Counted from the stretch's first letter, positions 7,147 to 19,515 are shown. The stretch: DNA of 64,000 nt from Gemmatimonadota bacterium (GCA_039591655.1 JBDHDE010000006.1:1-64000), one strand, 5' to 3'. Translations and numbers: made by a program. Notes: generated from the sequence alone by a model not told the origin.

Positions 7147-7917
7147 GTGCCGGTCGTTCCCCTGGTCCACCGCAGCGGGGCCGTCCGCTCGGCAATTCGG
7201 CGGGGGTTGCCGCGCCGCGGCGTGCGGCTGGTGGCCTGCCGCACGGTGGACCGCGCCGCCGGCTTCCTCGAGCGAGAGCTGGTGGATGCGGTGGTGGTGG
7301 ACGTGCGGAACGGCTGGGCGGAGGGAGCCTTCGAGCTGGCGCAGCTGTATCCGCGCATTCCCGTCATGGCCCTCAGCGCCTTCCGGCCCGACGACGGGGC
7401 GCTGCTCACGGCATGCCGCCGTGGCGGACTGGCGGCGTTGGTGGAGGGCGTGGACGATCGGGCGGCGGGGGAGCTCATCTGGGCTCGCTGCGCCTCGCAG
7501 CGCCGCCGCGCCGAGCTGGGCGACGCCCCCCGGCTGCTGCGCCTCACCGAGCCGCTACAGCTCCGGGCCTGGGACGAGGTCCTGGCGCGGGTGGGGACGG
7601 CCACCACCACCGGCGACATCGCACGGGCCCTGCGCCGCACCCGGGAGCACCTCTCCCGGGAGTTCGCCGCTGGTGGCGCTCCCAATCTCAAGCGAGTCAT
7701 TGATTTGGCGCGCATGGCCTGGGCGGCGGACCTGCTGGCCAACCCTGGCTACAACGTGACGGCGGTGGCCCGAATCCTGGGATATGCCACGGCGAGCCAT
7801 CTGGCCGGCACCGCCCGGCGGGTGGCCGGGGTGACGCCCCGGGAGTTGGCGGAGCTGGGGCCCCGGGGGGTACTGCGGCGGTTCTTGAGGGGGAGGACGC
7901 GGAGCCGTGTAGGGTGA
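7147..7917 (+). CDS. AraC-family regulator with a receiver-like N-terminal domain
   Basis: N-terminal VDAVVVDV..IPVMALS (receiver-like). C-terminal HTH pair IARALRRTREHLSREF and VTAVARILGYATASHL. Confidence 0.7.
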   Translation: MPVVPLVHRSGAVRSAIRRGLPRRGVRLVACRTVDRAAGFLERELVDAVVVDVRNGWAEGAFELAQLYPRIPVMALSAFRPDDGALLTACRRGGLAALVEGVDDRAAGELIWARCASQRRRAELGDAPRLLRLTEPLQLRAWDEVLARVGTATTTGDIARALRRTREHLSREFAAGGAPNLKRVIDLARMAWAADLLANPGYNVTAVARILGYATASHLAGTARRVAGVTPRELAELGPRGVLRRFLRGRTRSRVG

Positions 7918-8006
7918 CTGGGGGAAGGGTGGAGTGGAGGCCGCTTCTCGGCTACATTTGACAGTCTTTTCTCGGTTTTCACGGCACAAATCCACAATAC
8001 AGGTCT

Positions 8007-9542
8007 ATGGCTACCGATTCTGTACTTCGTCCCGGCGAGCTGAAGGACGTTCTCCTCAAGGAGATTGAGGCCGCCGATCTCGAAGCCCTCGACACCCAGG
8101 AAGTCGGCTCGGTGCTGGAGGTGAAGGACGGCACCGCCCGGGTTTACGGGCTCACCTCGGCCATGTCGGGCGAGATGCTGGAGTTCGCTGCCTCCGAGAC
8201 GGGCGAGACCGTGACGGGCCTCGCCCTCAACCTCGAGGAGGACAACCTCGGGGCGGTCATCCTGGGCGACTACCTGCAGCTCAAGGAGGGCGACGAGGTC
8301 CGGCGCACCGCCCGTGTGCTGGAGGTCCCGGTGGGGGACGCGCTCATCGGACGGGTACTGGACCCCCTGGGCACCCCCGTGGATGGCCTCGGGCCCATCA
8401 AGACCGACAGCTACTGGAAGCTCGAGTACCAGGCGCCGAGCATCGTGGCGCGGCAGCCGGTGAAGGAGCCGCTGCAGACAGGGCTCAAGGCGGTGGACTC
8501 CATGATCCCCATCGGCCGCGGGCAGCGAGAGCTCATCATCGGCGACCGCGGCACCGGCAAGACGGCCATCGCCCTGGACGCTGTCATCAACCAGAAGGGC
8601 CAGGACGTCATCTGCGTCTACGTGGCCATCGGGCAGAGGGAGTCCACCGTGGCCCGCGTCGTGGAGCACCTCAAGGAGACGGGGGCGATGGAGTACTCCA
8701 TCGTGGTGGTGGCCGGCGCGGCCGACCCCGCCCCGATGCAGTACATCGCTCCCTACGCCGGGTGCGCCATGGCCGAGTACTTCATGTACCAGAAGAGCGG
8801 CCACACCCTGTGCATCTATGACGACCTGTCGAAGCACGCCCAGGCGTACCGCCAACTCTCTCTGGTGCTGCGGCGGCCGCCGGGGCGCGAGGCGTACCCC
8901 GGTGACGTGTTCTACCTGCACTCCCGACTGCTGGAGCGGGCGGCCAAGCTGTCCGACGCCCACGGCGGCGGGTCCCTGACGGCCCTGCCGGTGATCGAGA
9001 CCCAGGCGGGCGACGTCTCGGCCTACATCCCCACCAACGTAATCTCCATCACCGACGGGCAGATCTACTTGGAGAGCGACCTGTTCTACGCTAACGTGCG
9101 GCCCGCCATCAACCCGGGCATCTCGGTCTCCCGGGTGGGCGGCAACGCGCAGATCAAGGCGATGAAGCAGGTGGCGGGGCGGCTGCGCCTCGAGTACGCG
9201 CAGTATCGCGAGCTCGAAGCGTTCGCCCAGTTCGGCTCGGACCTAGACGCGGCCACGCAGCGCCAGTTGGCCCGGGGCCAGCGCATCGTGGAGGTGCTGA
9301 AGCAGCCGCAGTACCAGCCCATGCCGGTGGAGAACCAGATCACCATCATCTATGCGGTGACCAACGGCTACCTCGACAACGTCGAGGGCGGCAACGTGCA
9401 CCAGTGGGAGGCGGACTTCCACGAGTTCATGGGCGCGAAGCATCCCGAGGTCCTCAAAGTGATCCGCACCAAGCGGGTGATGGACGACTCGCTGATCGCC
9501 GATCTCGAGAGCGCCATCAAGGAGTTCAAGGCGCTCGAGTAG
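8007..9542 (+). CDS. atpA: F1 ATP synthase subunit alpha
   Basis: [55 protein letters not shown]. Confidence 0.98.
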   Translation: MATDSVLRPGELKDVLLKEIEAADLEALDTQEVGSVLEVKDGTARVYGLTSAMSGEMLEFAASETGETVTGLALNLEEDNLGAVILGDYLQLKEGDEVRRTARVLEVPVGDALIGRVLDPLGTPVDGLGPIKTDSYWKLEYQAPSIVARQPVKEPLQTGLKAVDSMIPIGRGQRELIIGDRGTGKTAIALDAVINQKGQDVICVYVAIGQRESTVARVVEHLKETGAMEYSIVVVAGAADPAPMQYIAPYAGCAMAEYFMYQKSGHTLCIYDDLSKHAQAYRQLSLVLRRPPGREAYPGDVFYLHSRLLERAAKLSDAHGGGSLTALPVIETQAGDVSAYIPTNVISITDGQIYLESDLFYANVRPAINPGISVSRVGGNAQIKAMKQVAGRLRLEYAQYRELEAFAQFGSDLDAATQRQLARGQRIVEVLKQPQYQPMPVENQITIIYAVTNGYLDNVEGGNVHQWEADFHEFMGAKHPEVLKVIRTKRVMDDSLIADLESAIKEFKALE

Positions 9543-9551
9543 CGCTGAGCC

Positions 9552-11844
<2,293 letters not shown>

Positions 11845-11845
<1 letters not shown>

Positions 11846-12111
11846 TGCACATCACGGTGCTGTCCCCCGAGCAGTCGGTATACGATGGGGCCGCAACCGC
11901 CGTGGTAGCACCGGCTTTCGATGGTCAGGTCGGGATCCTGCCGCGGCACGCTCCGTTTGTCACCCTCTTGGGCGACGGTCTGCTCACGGTGAGCACGGAG
12001 GGCGAGACGCGCCGCTTCCGGGTGCGCGGCGGGTTCCTCCAGGTGGCGGACGACACCGTGAAGGTCGTCGCCGAGCACGTGGAAACGGTAGGAGATGACG
12101 ATGCTGCGTAA
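11845..12111 (+). CDS. atpC: F1 ATP synthase subunit epsilon (beta-sandwich domain only)
   Basis: VLSPE..GQVGILPRHAPFVTLL..VRGGFLQV. About 88 aa with no C-terminal helical hairpin. Confidence 0.92.
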
Positions 12112-12709
12112 GACACTGCTGGCGCTGGGGATCGCGATGCTCGCGGTGGTCGGGACGGCGGCCGCCCAGGCGACGGCCATGCCGGCCTACTACGCGCCGT
12201 ACCGCTCGTTCGAGAAGCACGAGTTCGGCGCTACCCTCAGCTTCCCCGACTTCGGGGGCACGGCCTTCGAGGGCCTGTTCGGGTTCGGGTACAAGACGTT
12301 CGACTTCGAGGTCCGCGGCGGGTTCTGGGATCCGGGAGAGGGTGTTGAGACGGTCATTCAGATTGGCGGCACTGGCCGGTTTCGGGTGCTGACCCACACG
12401 GAGAACTTCCCCCTGGACGGGGCGGTGATCCTGGGATTGGGGGCCCACTTCAACGGTGTCGACCAGGCCCTCATACCGCTGGGCTTCTCGGTGGGACGGC
12501 GCCTCAACGTGGAAGACTCCCAGGTGAGCATCGCGCCCTACGTGGAGCCGGTGGGGCTCATCAACACGGGGGGCAGTGACCACTTCCAGTTCGGCTTCGG
12601 CATAGGGGCGGACTTCCAGCTGAGCCGCGCGTTCGACGCACGGCTGAGCGTGGGGTTCGGGGACGCCTCGCTGGAGGGGTTCTCCATCAGCGCGGTTTGG
12701 GTGCGGTAG
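12101..12709 (+). CDS. Outer-membrane beta-barrel protein
   Basis: Signal peptide ending AAAQA; alternating amphipathic Gly/aromatic strands; C-terminal FSISAVWVR; SD GGAG upstream. Confidence 0.7.
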   Translation: MLRKTLLALGIAMLAVVGTAAAQATAMPAYYAPYRSFEKHEFGATLSFPDFGGTAFEGLFGFGYKTFDFEVRGGFWDPGEGVETVIQIGGTGRFRVLTHTENFPLDGAVILGLGAHFNGVDQALIPLGFSVGRRLNVEDSQVSIAPYVEPVGLINTGGSDHFQFGFGIGADFQLSRAFDARLSVGFGDASLEGFSISAVWVR

Positions 12710-12815
12710 GGGGCCAAAAGGGGTCGCTAGATTCGCCGGACGGGGGCCCCTCCGGCGGCTCCCCGGAGGCGGTCTAAAGACTGGCGTGAAGGCAGGTTAA
12801 TGTTTGCGGCGGGTA

Positions 12816-12845
12816 TTGACGTCGGGGGCTCTACGGTGTACGTAT
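12816..12845 (+). promoter_or_regulatory. Putative promoter of OMP paralog 1
   Basis: TTGACG-N15-TGTACGTAT; the same architecture occurs before paralog 2. Confidence 0.55.
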
Positions 12846-12932
12846 ATCCCGACGAATCCATGCTCGAACCGGGGCGTCCCGACGGGGGGTCTCCGGGTGG
12901 ATTGTGAATACAACCAGCTTGAGGAGAGTCAC

Positions 12933-13691
12933 ATGAAACGGTTTCTGGGTGGAATTGCCCTGGTCGGGCTGGCAATTAGCCTCGCCGGGGCGGCGCAGGC
13001 GCAGACGGCGTCCGTCCCCGTCTGGTACTCGCCGGCTTTTGGAGCCGGCGTGGGCATCTTCGGTGACTGGGGCACCGGTCTGAACGAGGATGCGAAGATT
13101 GACAGTGGAGTCGACGCGAGCGCCCCGATGGCCTTCGGCGGCCACATCCTGTTCGGCGCCGCGCAGTTCAAGATCTCGGCCGGCGCGTGGTACTTGGACA
13201 CGAAGGACGACGAGCTGAAGAAGCCCATCACCTTCGGCGGCAACCTGGGCGTCACCATCTACAAGGGCGCCACCTCGCCAATCTTCGTGGACCTGATGGT
13301 GGGCGTGGGCAACACGACGATCAAGGACACGTCCGACACGTTCAAGACCACGACGTGGGCCTTCCCCATCGGCCTGCCGATCGCCTACGGCGCCACGTTG
13401 TCGGGCGGCCACATGGTCGAGCCCTGGATCGCCCCGCAGGCGATCATCTTCAGCGACAAGACCGAGGGCTTCGCGGTGGACACCTCGGTGACCAAGGTCG
13501 GCTTCGGCGTGAGCGGCGGCATCAACTTCTACTCCGCCATGGGCATCGGCGTATACGTCGTGGCTGACTGGTCGTCGGCGAAGCGGTTCGGCTCCGACGA
13601 GAGCATCAGCCCGTTCCGCCTCGGTGCCGGTCTGGCCTGGCGGTTCTCGGTGCCCAGCCTCCCGGAGTCGAAGGGCTTCGTGGGCGGCTGA
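12933..13691 (+). CDS. Outer-membrane beta-barrel protein, paralog 1
   Basis: SD GAGGAG; signal peptide MKRFLGGIALVGLA..AQA; beta-strand pattern; clearly homologous to 13894-14640. Confidence 0.8.
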   Translation: MKRFLGGIALVGLAISLAGAAQAQTASVPVWYSPAFGAGVGIFGDWGTGLNEDAKIDSGVDASAPMAFGGHILFGAAQFKISAGAWYLDTKDDELKKPITFGGNLGVTIYKGATSPIFVDLMVGVGNTTIKDTSDTFKTTTWAFPIGLPIAYGATLSGGHMVEPWIAPQAIIFSDKTEGFAVDTSVTKVGFGVSGGINFYSAMGIGVYVVADWSSAKRFGSDESISPFRLGAGLAWRFSVPSLPESKGFVGG

Positions 13692-13724
13692 TCGTAGTAC
13701 GGAGAATCCAAGCTGTGTAAGCGT

Positions 13725-13755
13725 GCGGGGCGCCCCGAAGGGGGTGCCCCGTTTG
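13725..13755 (+). terminator. Intrinsic terminator
   Basis: GCGGGGCGCCCC-GAAG-GGGGTGCCCCG followed by TTT. Confidence 0.7.
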
Positions 13756-13773
13756 CATTAACTGCCCGCGTTG

Positions 13774-13803
13774 TTGACGGAATCGCCTGGAAGTTGTAGC
13801 TAT
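13774..13803 (+). promoter_or_regulatory. Putative promoter of OMP paralog 2
   Basis: TTGACG-N15-TGTAGCTAT. Confidence 0.55.
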
Positions 13804-13893
13804 GTCGGCAATTGCGTGACGAATGGGGGCGTCCCCGCTGGCGGAGACAGCGGTGGCGAACCGGGACTGCAACCAGACACGGAAGGGGGTCTC

Positions 13894-14640
13894 ATGAAGC
13901 GCTTCCTGTGCGGTATCGCCCTGACCGGGCTCGCGCTGAGCCTCACCGCCGGTGTGGCGCATGCACAGCTCGGCACCATGCCGGTGTTCTTCTCGCCGGC
14001 GTTCGGCACCGGCGTCGGCGTGTACGGCGACTTCGGCACCGGGCTGAACGACGACGCGAAGTTCCCTGACGGGAATTCGCCGGTGGCGTTCGGCGGCCAC
14101 ATCATCTTGGGTCTGTCCAAGTTCCAGATCATGGGCGGCGTGTCGTACGTCGATCCGAAGGACACCACAGCGACGCCCCTGGGCAAGGAGTTGACCTACG
14201 GCGGGAACGTGGCGCTGACGATCTATCGCACGCCCGCCAGCATGATCGTGGTGAACGTGCAGGCGGGCGCCGGCTACTCGAAGTTCGGTGAGACCGGGAG
14301 CCAGCTCAAGCAGTGGAACTTCCCCATAGGTATCGGCATCGCGCTCGATCTGCCGGTGGTGGGCTGGTTCGTGGAGCCCTGGGTCGCGCCTCGGGTGCAC
14401 ATCTTCAGCACCTCCGGCGACCTCCTGACGGAGTCCCAGACCGATGTCGGGTTCGGCGTCTCGGGCGGTGTCAACTTCAACCTGCTGCTGGGCATCGGCG
14501 CGTGGGCCGCGCTCGACTGGCTGACAGTCACGCCCGGGGATGCGACGGAGAGCGTGAAGCCGCTGATCCTCGGCGCAGGCCTCTCCTGGAAGTTCAGCGT
14601 GCCGGGCCTCGGCGTGGCCGGTGGCCTGGTGGGTGGCTGA
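13894..14640 (+). CDS. Outer-membrane beta-barrel protein, paralog 2
   Basis: Signal peptide MKRFLCGIALTGLA..AHA. Shares SPAFG.GVG..GD.GTGLN.DAK, AFGGHI, VEPW.AP and VGFGVSGG.NF with paralog 1. Confidence 0.8.
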   Translation: MKRFLCGIALTGLALSLTAGVAHAQLGTMPVFFSPAFGTGVGVYGDFGTGLNDDAKFPDGNSPVAFGGHIILGLSKFQIMGGVSYVDPKDTTATPLGKELTYGGNVALTIYRTPASMIVVNVQAGAGYSKFGETGSQLKQWNFPIGIGIALDLPVVGWFVEPWVAPRVHIFSTSGDLLTESQTDVGFGVSGGVNFNLLLGIGAWAALDWLTVTPGDATESVKPLILGAGLSWKFSVPGLGVAGGLVGG

Positions 14641-14671
14641 CCCCAAGACGATCGGTCTGGTCCGACAATGC

Positions 14672-14710
14672 GCGGGGCGCTCCCTTCGGGGGCGCCCCGT
14701 TTCGCTTCTT
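14672..14710 (+). terminator. Intrinsic terminator
   Basis: GCGGGGCGCTCCC-TTCG-GGGGCGCCCCG followed by TTTCGCTTCTT. Confidence 0.72.
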
Positions 14711-14750
14711 GGGGACGGCTCTCCCGGCGGCCACCTTCCAGCCGGTGCGG

Positions 14751-16127
14751 CTACCTCCGTGCCGCCGGGGGGTACTCGTCAGGCGAGGGCACCTCGCCGC
14801 CGGGCCGGTCCTCGGTGTGCGTCGGGAGCCGGGGCTGCGGCTCGGGGCGGGTCGAGGCAAGGGGACTGGGCAACATCTCCAGCAGGGCCCTGGCCGTGGT
14901 ACCTGCTGCTCCCTGTTTCAATGTGCTACGTGCCGCCAGGCCCGCCGTGGTGCGTGTCCCCGCATCCTCCAGCCATCGCAGCCATACGCGGGCCAGGGCA
15001 TCGCCGGCTCCGCGCTGCGGCAGCGTGGCGGCGCCGCCGGCCTCCACCAAGTGCCGGGCGTCATCCGAGTGATCCCAGCGGGGCCCCACAGCCACCGGGA
15101 TCCCGTAGGCCGCGGGCTCGATCGTCGCGTGGAGACCGCCCGGCCGGAATCCTCCCCCCACATACGCCGCTGCTGCCAGGGCGTAGAGGTCGAACAGCAC
15201 GCCGCGGGCGGCTACGGTGACGACCCGGCTCTGGGGTTGGGTCCCGCCCCCATCCCAGCGTTCCACGGTGAGGCCACGCCGCCCCGCTCGCGCAGCCAGG
15301 CGCGCCAAGGTGTCCTCCGAGGGCAGGTGGGGGACGAGGAGGGCCCGCGCGTCGGGGTCCTCGGCCAGGACGTGTTCCAGGGCGCCCAGGAGCACCCACT
15401 CGTCCTCCGGCTCGACGCTTCCCGCCGCCAGGACCGGGCCCGCCGCCGCCCACGGCACGAGTCCCTCCAGGTGCTGCAGGTTGGGCACCAGCTCCAATAC
15501 GTAGTCGTGGCGGGGGTCCCCGGTCACGCGCACGCGGTCCTCGGGCACGCCCAGCCGGGTCCACCGGGCAGCGTCCTCAGAGGAGGTGGCTCCCAGCCAG
15601 GAAACCGCGGCGGAGACCGGCCCGTACAGGGGTCTGAGGAGGGTGTGGAGGCGCCGGCTGCGGCGGCCCACGGTGGCGCCGACCACCGCCAGGGGAATAC
15701 CCCGGGTGGCGCTCTCGGCAGCGATCTCGGGCCACAGGTCGCCCCGGGAGAAGACCATGAGCGAGGGCCTCACGGCTGCCAGCACCTGGGACACGGGTCC
15801 CGGCTCATCCAGCGGTAGGAAGTCCCGATGGTCTGCCGCGAACGGCATGGGCCAGCCGGCGGCCGAGGGCGAGGAATAGGAGTGCACGATCTGGAGGTCC
15901 GGTCGGGCCGAGCGGAGCCGGGCCACGACGGGCTCGGCGGCCAGCGCCTCCCCCACTGACGCCCCGTGGACCCAGGCGAGGGGGGCCGCCGTGCGCTCCT
16001 CCTCGGCCCAGCGGGCCCATCGCGCGGCTGCCTCCCGGCGGCCGCTGATGCTCGACGCCAGCGTGCCGCTGGGGAGCGGGAGGCGGTGCACCAAGCGAGC
16101 CGCTAGCCGGTACGCCGTGCGGGACAT
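14751..16127 (-). CDS. waaA: 3-deoxy-D-manno-octulosonic acid (Kdo) transferase
   Basis: WVHGASVGE, LPLD, DLWP, LLVPH, AYVGGGF..GLHATIEPAAYGIPVAVGP. Start 16127 or 16136. Confidence 0.88.
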   Translation of the reverse strand: MSRTAYRLAARLVHRLPLPSGTLASSISGRREAAARWARWAEEERTAAPLAWVHGASVGEALAAEPVVARLRSARPDLQIVHSYSSPSAAGWPMPFAADHRDFLPLDEPGPVSQVLAAVRPSLMVFSRGDLWPEIAAESATRGIPLAVVGATVGRRSRRLHTLLRPLYGPVSAAVSWLGATSSEDAARWTRLGVPEDRVRVTGDPRHDYVLELVPNLQHLEGLVPWAAAGPVLAAGSVEPEDEWVLLGALEHVLAEDPDARALLVPHLPSEDTLARLAARAGRRGLTVERWDGGGTQPQSRVVTVAARGVLFDLYALAAAAYVGGGFRPGGLHATIEPAAYGIPVAVGPRWDHSDDARHLVEAGGAATLPQRGAGDALARVWLRWLEDAGTRTTAGLAARSTLKQGAAGTTARALLEMLPSPLASTRPEPQPRLPTHTEDRPGGEVPSPDEYPPAARR

Positions 16128-16154
16128 GTTGGGCAATGTGCTAGGTTGGAGACC

Positions 16155-16895
16155 ATGGTGCCACGGGACTACTTCGCCGTCAGCCGCGAGCCGCGCTACA
16201 GCGTGCTGTTCGCCCTACCGTTGCTGTTGCTGTACGAGGGGCTGGCTGCGCTGCTCAGCGGGTCGGCGTTCCACGGCGTGCGCAACGCCGCGGACGTGAT
16301 GCTCAAGACGCTGTTCGTCTCCACCGGGGGGCGCAGCGGGCTGGTGGTGTTCGGTGCCTTGGTGCTGGGCATCGGGGCGTGGGTCGTGTGGCACGACCAC
16401 CGCCAGCGGGGCGGTGGGCCGCTGGACCTGCGGGTGTTCTTGGGGAGTCTCGCCGAGAGCCTGGTCTACGCGGCCATCTTCGGCCAGGTAGTAGCGCTCC
16501 TCACCGCCCAGCTGCTCTATGGGCCCGGGCTGGGCGTGGCGCTCCAGAGCCCCGCTGCCGCGCTCCCCCTGGGCACGCAGTTGGTGATCTCTCTCGGTGC
16601 CGGGATATACGAGGAGCTTCTCTTCCGGGTCCTGCTGGTCTCGGCGCTGTTGGCCCTGGGGCTGCGGCTGGGGTGGCGGCGCCCCGTGGCGGTGGGGGTG
16701 GCGATCGTGGCCAGCGCCCTGATCTTCTCGGCGTTCCACTACATCGGGCCGTACGGTGACCCCCTAGAGCTACCCTCCTTCACCTTCAGGGCCATCGCCG
16801 GTCTGTTGCTGAGCGGGCTCTATGTGGCCCGGGGCTTCGGCATCACGGCCTGGACCCACGCCCTGTACGACGTTGGGATCGCGCTCTTCGGGTAG
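16155..16895 (+). CDS. CPBP-family intramembrane glutamic protease (CAAX/Abi)
   Basis: EELLFR, FSAFH and WTHALYD motifs; multiple TM segments. Confidence 0.88.
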   Translation: MVPRDYFAVSREPRYSVLFALPLLLLYEGLAALLSGSAFHGVRNAADVMLKTLFVSTGGRSGLVVFGALVLGIGAWVVWHDHRQRGGGPLDLRVFLGSLAESLVYAAIFGQVVALLTAQLLYGPGLGVALQSPAAALPLGTQLVISLGAGIYEELLFRVLLVSALLALGLRLGWRRPVAVGVAIVASALIFSAFHYIGPYGDPLELPSFTFRAIAGLLLSGLYVARGFGITAWTHALYDVGIALFG

Positions 16896-16901
16896 GAGCG
16901 A

Positions 16902-17597
16902 CTAGCGCCCCTGCGTCTTCTCCACGAAGATCGAGTCGAGAATCGGCCGCCACAGCTCCGGGGGCGCAAACCCCGGGAGCAGGAGGCCCTCGACGATGAA
17001 CGACGGGGTGCTCTGGATCCCGGCGCGGAAGTTCGTCTCGGCCTCCTGCTGGACCAGGCCCCGCACCGCGCCGGAGGTGAAGCACGTGGTGAGCTCGTCA
17101 GCGTCGAGGCCGGCGGAATCGGCCAGCACCATGAAGTAGGGTGCGGGATCGTCCAGGCGCGCCCACTGCCCCTGGTGCTGGAACAACAGGTCGTGCACCT
17201 GCCAGAAGCGGTCCTGACGTGCACCGCACATGGCGAACTCATGCGCTGCGGGGGCGTTCGCGTGAAGCTGCGGAAGCGGCAGGTTGAGGAACACGAGCCG
17301 CGCCTTCCCCGTCCGGATGTACTCCCGCTCCAGAGCGGGTAGCGTCTGCTCCCAGAAGTCACGGCAATAGGGACACTGGAAGTCGCTCGCCTCGAAGATG
17401 GTGATGGGGGCGTCGTCATCGCCCTTGGTGCGCTGGGCGAGCATGCCGCTCTGCTGCTCCTGGGAGGCGGAATCGGCGGCAGCCTCGCGTGTCTCGGCCG
17501 CCGATGCAGATCCGAGTCCGCCACGCACGACACGGCCCCCTACTAGGACTAGTGCGATTGCGGCGGCGATGAGGCCGATCAGTCTTCGGTGCTGCAC
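16902..17597 (-). CDS. DsbA-family thiol-disulfide oxidoreductase
   Basis: GDDDAPITIFEASDFQCPYC and GIQSTPSF; N-terminal TM; GTG start preceded by GAGGAG. Confidence 0.88.
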   Translation of the reverse strand: MQHRRLIGLIAAAIALVLVGGRVVRGGLGSASAAETREAAADSASQEQQSGMLAQRTKGDDDAPITIFEASDFQCPYCRDFWEQTLPALEREYIRTGKARLVFLNLPLPQLHANAPAAHEFAMCGARQDRFWQVHDLLFQHQGQWARLDDPAPYFMVLADSAGLDADELTTCFTSGAVRGLVQQEAETNFRAGIQSTPSFIVEGLLLPGFAPPELWRPILDSIFVEKTQGR

Positions 17598-17622
17598 GGT
17601 GTCACGCTCCTCAGCTCTCTTG

Positions 17623-18468
17623 CTAATGTCGCCAGCGCCGCTGGGTGTTCCGCGAGAACAACGGAACGCGGAGGGGAAGCCAGCCGGTCGTCGTGACGGC
17701 GACGTTCCAATAGTACTCATGGAACGGGTTCTCGGGGTCCGGCCAGCGCGCCACGACCCACCACCGCCCCGGTGCCAGGGCGAAGTGGGCTCCACCGTCC
17801 GCCGCCGTGGTCTCCGCCGTCACCGTCCGCCCTGAGGCAGCGAGGGCTGCCCCGGCCGCCTGCGCATACCCCTGGTACGCTTGGCGCTCCCACGCCCTCA
17901 AAGAGTCGGCCGCCGCCTGCGCCCGCCGGGCCAGGGCCACGTCTTCGCCCCGCAACTCCTCTAGGGCCCGGTCGCGCTCGGCGGCCCGCCGCTGCAAGCG
18001 GGCGTACTGCTCGCGGAACCGCTGGTATATCCGCGCGTAGGTCGGACTGCGCCGATCCATCAGGTTCAGGGAGTCGGCCAGCCTGGCCACGGTGTCGTAC
18101 AGCGCCAGCCAGGGACGGGTCGCCTCGGCGAGCCGGTCATCCTCCGGACTGCGGTAGGCCGCGAGCTCCTCCTCGAGGCCCGGGAAGCTCGGCTGGGCAG
18201 TGGGTGCCTCGGCCCTCAGTGAGTCCAGGATGTGGTCCGGGTCGAAGGGCAGCGCCGTGATCTCCAACTGGGCGAGGGAGCCTGCGACCTCGAGCACCGC
18301 CTGCACGGTGACCGGCGATGCCCCTCCCCCGCAGGCGGTGCCGCACAGAGCGAGCAACGCCACGATCCCGAGCCGCGATGCGGCACGAGGATGCGGCCCG
18401 CGGGGACGGTCGCGGCGCAAAGACAAGAGCGGCGCGCCGGACTCACGGGGCGCCGCTGGAGAGCTCAT
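17623..18468 (-). CDS. Hypothetical lipoprotein
   Basis: Lipobox-like LCGTAC, helical core, transthyretin-like LAPGRWWV tail; colinear with its neighbours. Confidence 0.6.
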   Translation of the reverse strand: MSSPAAPRESGAPLLSLRRDRPRGPHPRAASRLGIVALLALCGTACGGGASPVTVQAVLEVAGSLAQLEITALPFDPDHILDSLRAEAPTAQPSFPGLEEELAAYRSPEDDRLAEATRPWLALYDTVARLADSLNLMDRRSPTYARIYQRFREQYARLQRRAAERDRALEELRGEDVALARRAQAAADSLRAWERQAYQGYAQAAGAALAASGRTVTAETTAADGGAHFALAPGRWWVVARWPDPENPFHEYYWNVAVTTTGWLPLRVPLFSRNTQRRWRH

Positions 18469-18493
18469 GCGGCTGGCGGCTGGAGGTGCGCGC

Positions 18494-19423
18494 CTAATCG
18501 ACGACCTTCGGAGGCAGGAGGTACTCCCGCGGGTCCACGGGCCTGCCGTTCACGATCACCTCGTAGTGGAGGTGCGGTCCGGTGGCGATGCCAGTGTTGC
18601 CCACCTCGGCGATCTTGTCGCTGCGGCGCACCCGCTGGCCCACCCGCACCAGGACCTTCGAGCAGTGCGCGTAGAACGTGACCACGCCGTAGCCGTGGTC
18701 GACGGTGAGGGTCCTGCCGTACCCGGTCTTGGTCTGCACGTCCACTACGCGGCCGGCGGCCGGGGCCATGATCGACGTCCCCATGGGCGCCGATACGTCG
18801 ATGCCCTCATGGGGCCGTGCTTCGTGGAAGATGGGATGCACCCGCGCGCTGGAGAACGAGCTCGTCAGCCAGCCGTCCGTGGGCCAGATCGACGGGGTCC
18901 GCTGCGTCCGATCCTGGTGTGACTCCAGGCTTGTGACCGCGTCCCCATACGAGGTCGCCAGCAGATTGGCGCGACGGATCAGGTTGTCGAGGTCGGACCG
19001 GAAGGTGAGCGCCTGCTGTCCAGTGGGGCCTTCGGAGAGAACCTGCTCCCGCTCGGTCCAGGGGCCCGTCGGTCCACCGATACCGGCCAGTTGGACGGCG
19101 GGATCCGTCGGGTCGAGGCCCGCCAGAAGCCGGACCAGCTCATCCCGTTGGGCGATTGCCGAAATCGTATCGCCCAGACTCGTGATGAGATTCTCTGCTT
19201 GGCTGAGTTCCTGCGACAGGAGCTCGTTGCGGCGCTCCAAACGGTCCAGGCGGGTGAGGTCAATGGCCTTGGTGATCGTGGCGTAGCCGAAGACTACCGT
19301 CGTCACCGCGACCACCGCCAAGATCCCTACCAGGACCTTGAACGCGCGCAAGGAGACTACGACGGACCGGGATTCCCCCGTCCCATGCGGCACGAACACC
19401 ACCGACCATCGCCGATCTGCCAT
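18494..19423 (-). CDS. M23-family metallopeptidase (peptidoglycan endopeptidase)
   Basis: TM plus coiled coil; PSIWP, HEGID, YAH, GNTGIATGPHLHYEV. Confidence 0.92.
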   Translation of the reverse strand: MADRRWSVVFVPHGTGESRSVVVSLRAFKVLVGILAVVAVTTVVFGYATITKAIDLTRLDRLERRNELLSQELSQAENLITSLGDTISAIAQRDELVRLLAGLDPTDPAVQLAGIGGPTGPWTEREQVLSEGPTGQQALTFRSDLDNLIRRANLLATSYGDAVTSLESHQDRTQRTPSIWPTDGWLTSSFSSARVHPIFHEARPHEGIDVSAPMGTSIMAPAAGRVVDVQTKTGYGRTLTVDHGYGVVTFYAHCSKVLVRVGQRVRRSDKIAEVGNTGIATGPHLHYEVIVNGRPVDPREYLLPPKVVD

Positions 19424-19515
19424 TGGCCCAGCCCCCACTTCTATAGAGCCGTTAACCGGCAATTTTCCTGTGATTGCGGCTTTTTACCGTGCTCAAAATC
19501 ACAACAGGGATCGAA

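Noticed and set aside
7950..8006. TTGACA upstream of atpA as a promoter
   Set aside because: No acceptable -10 box at 16-18 nt spacing, so the elements could not be assigned confidently.
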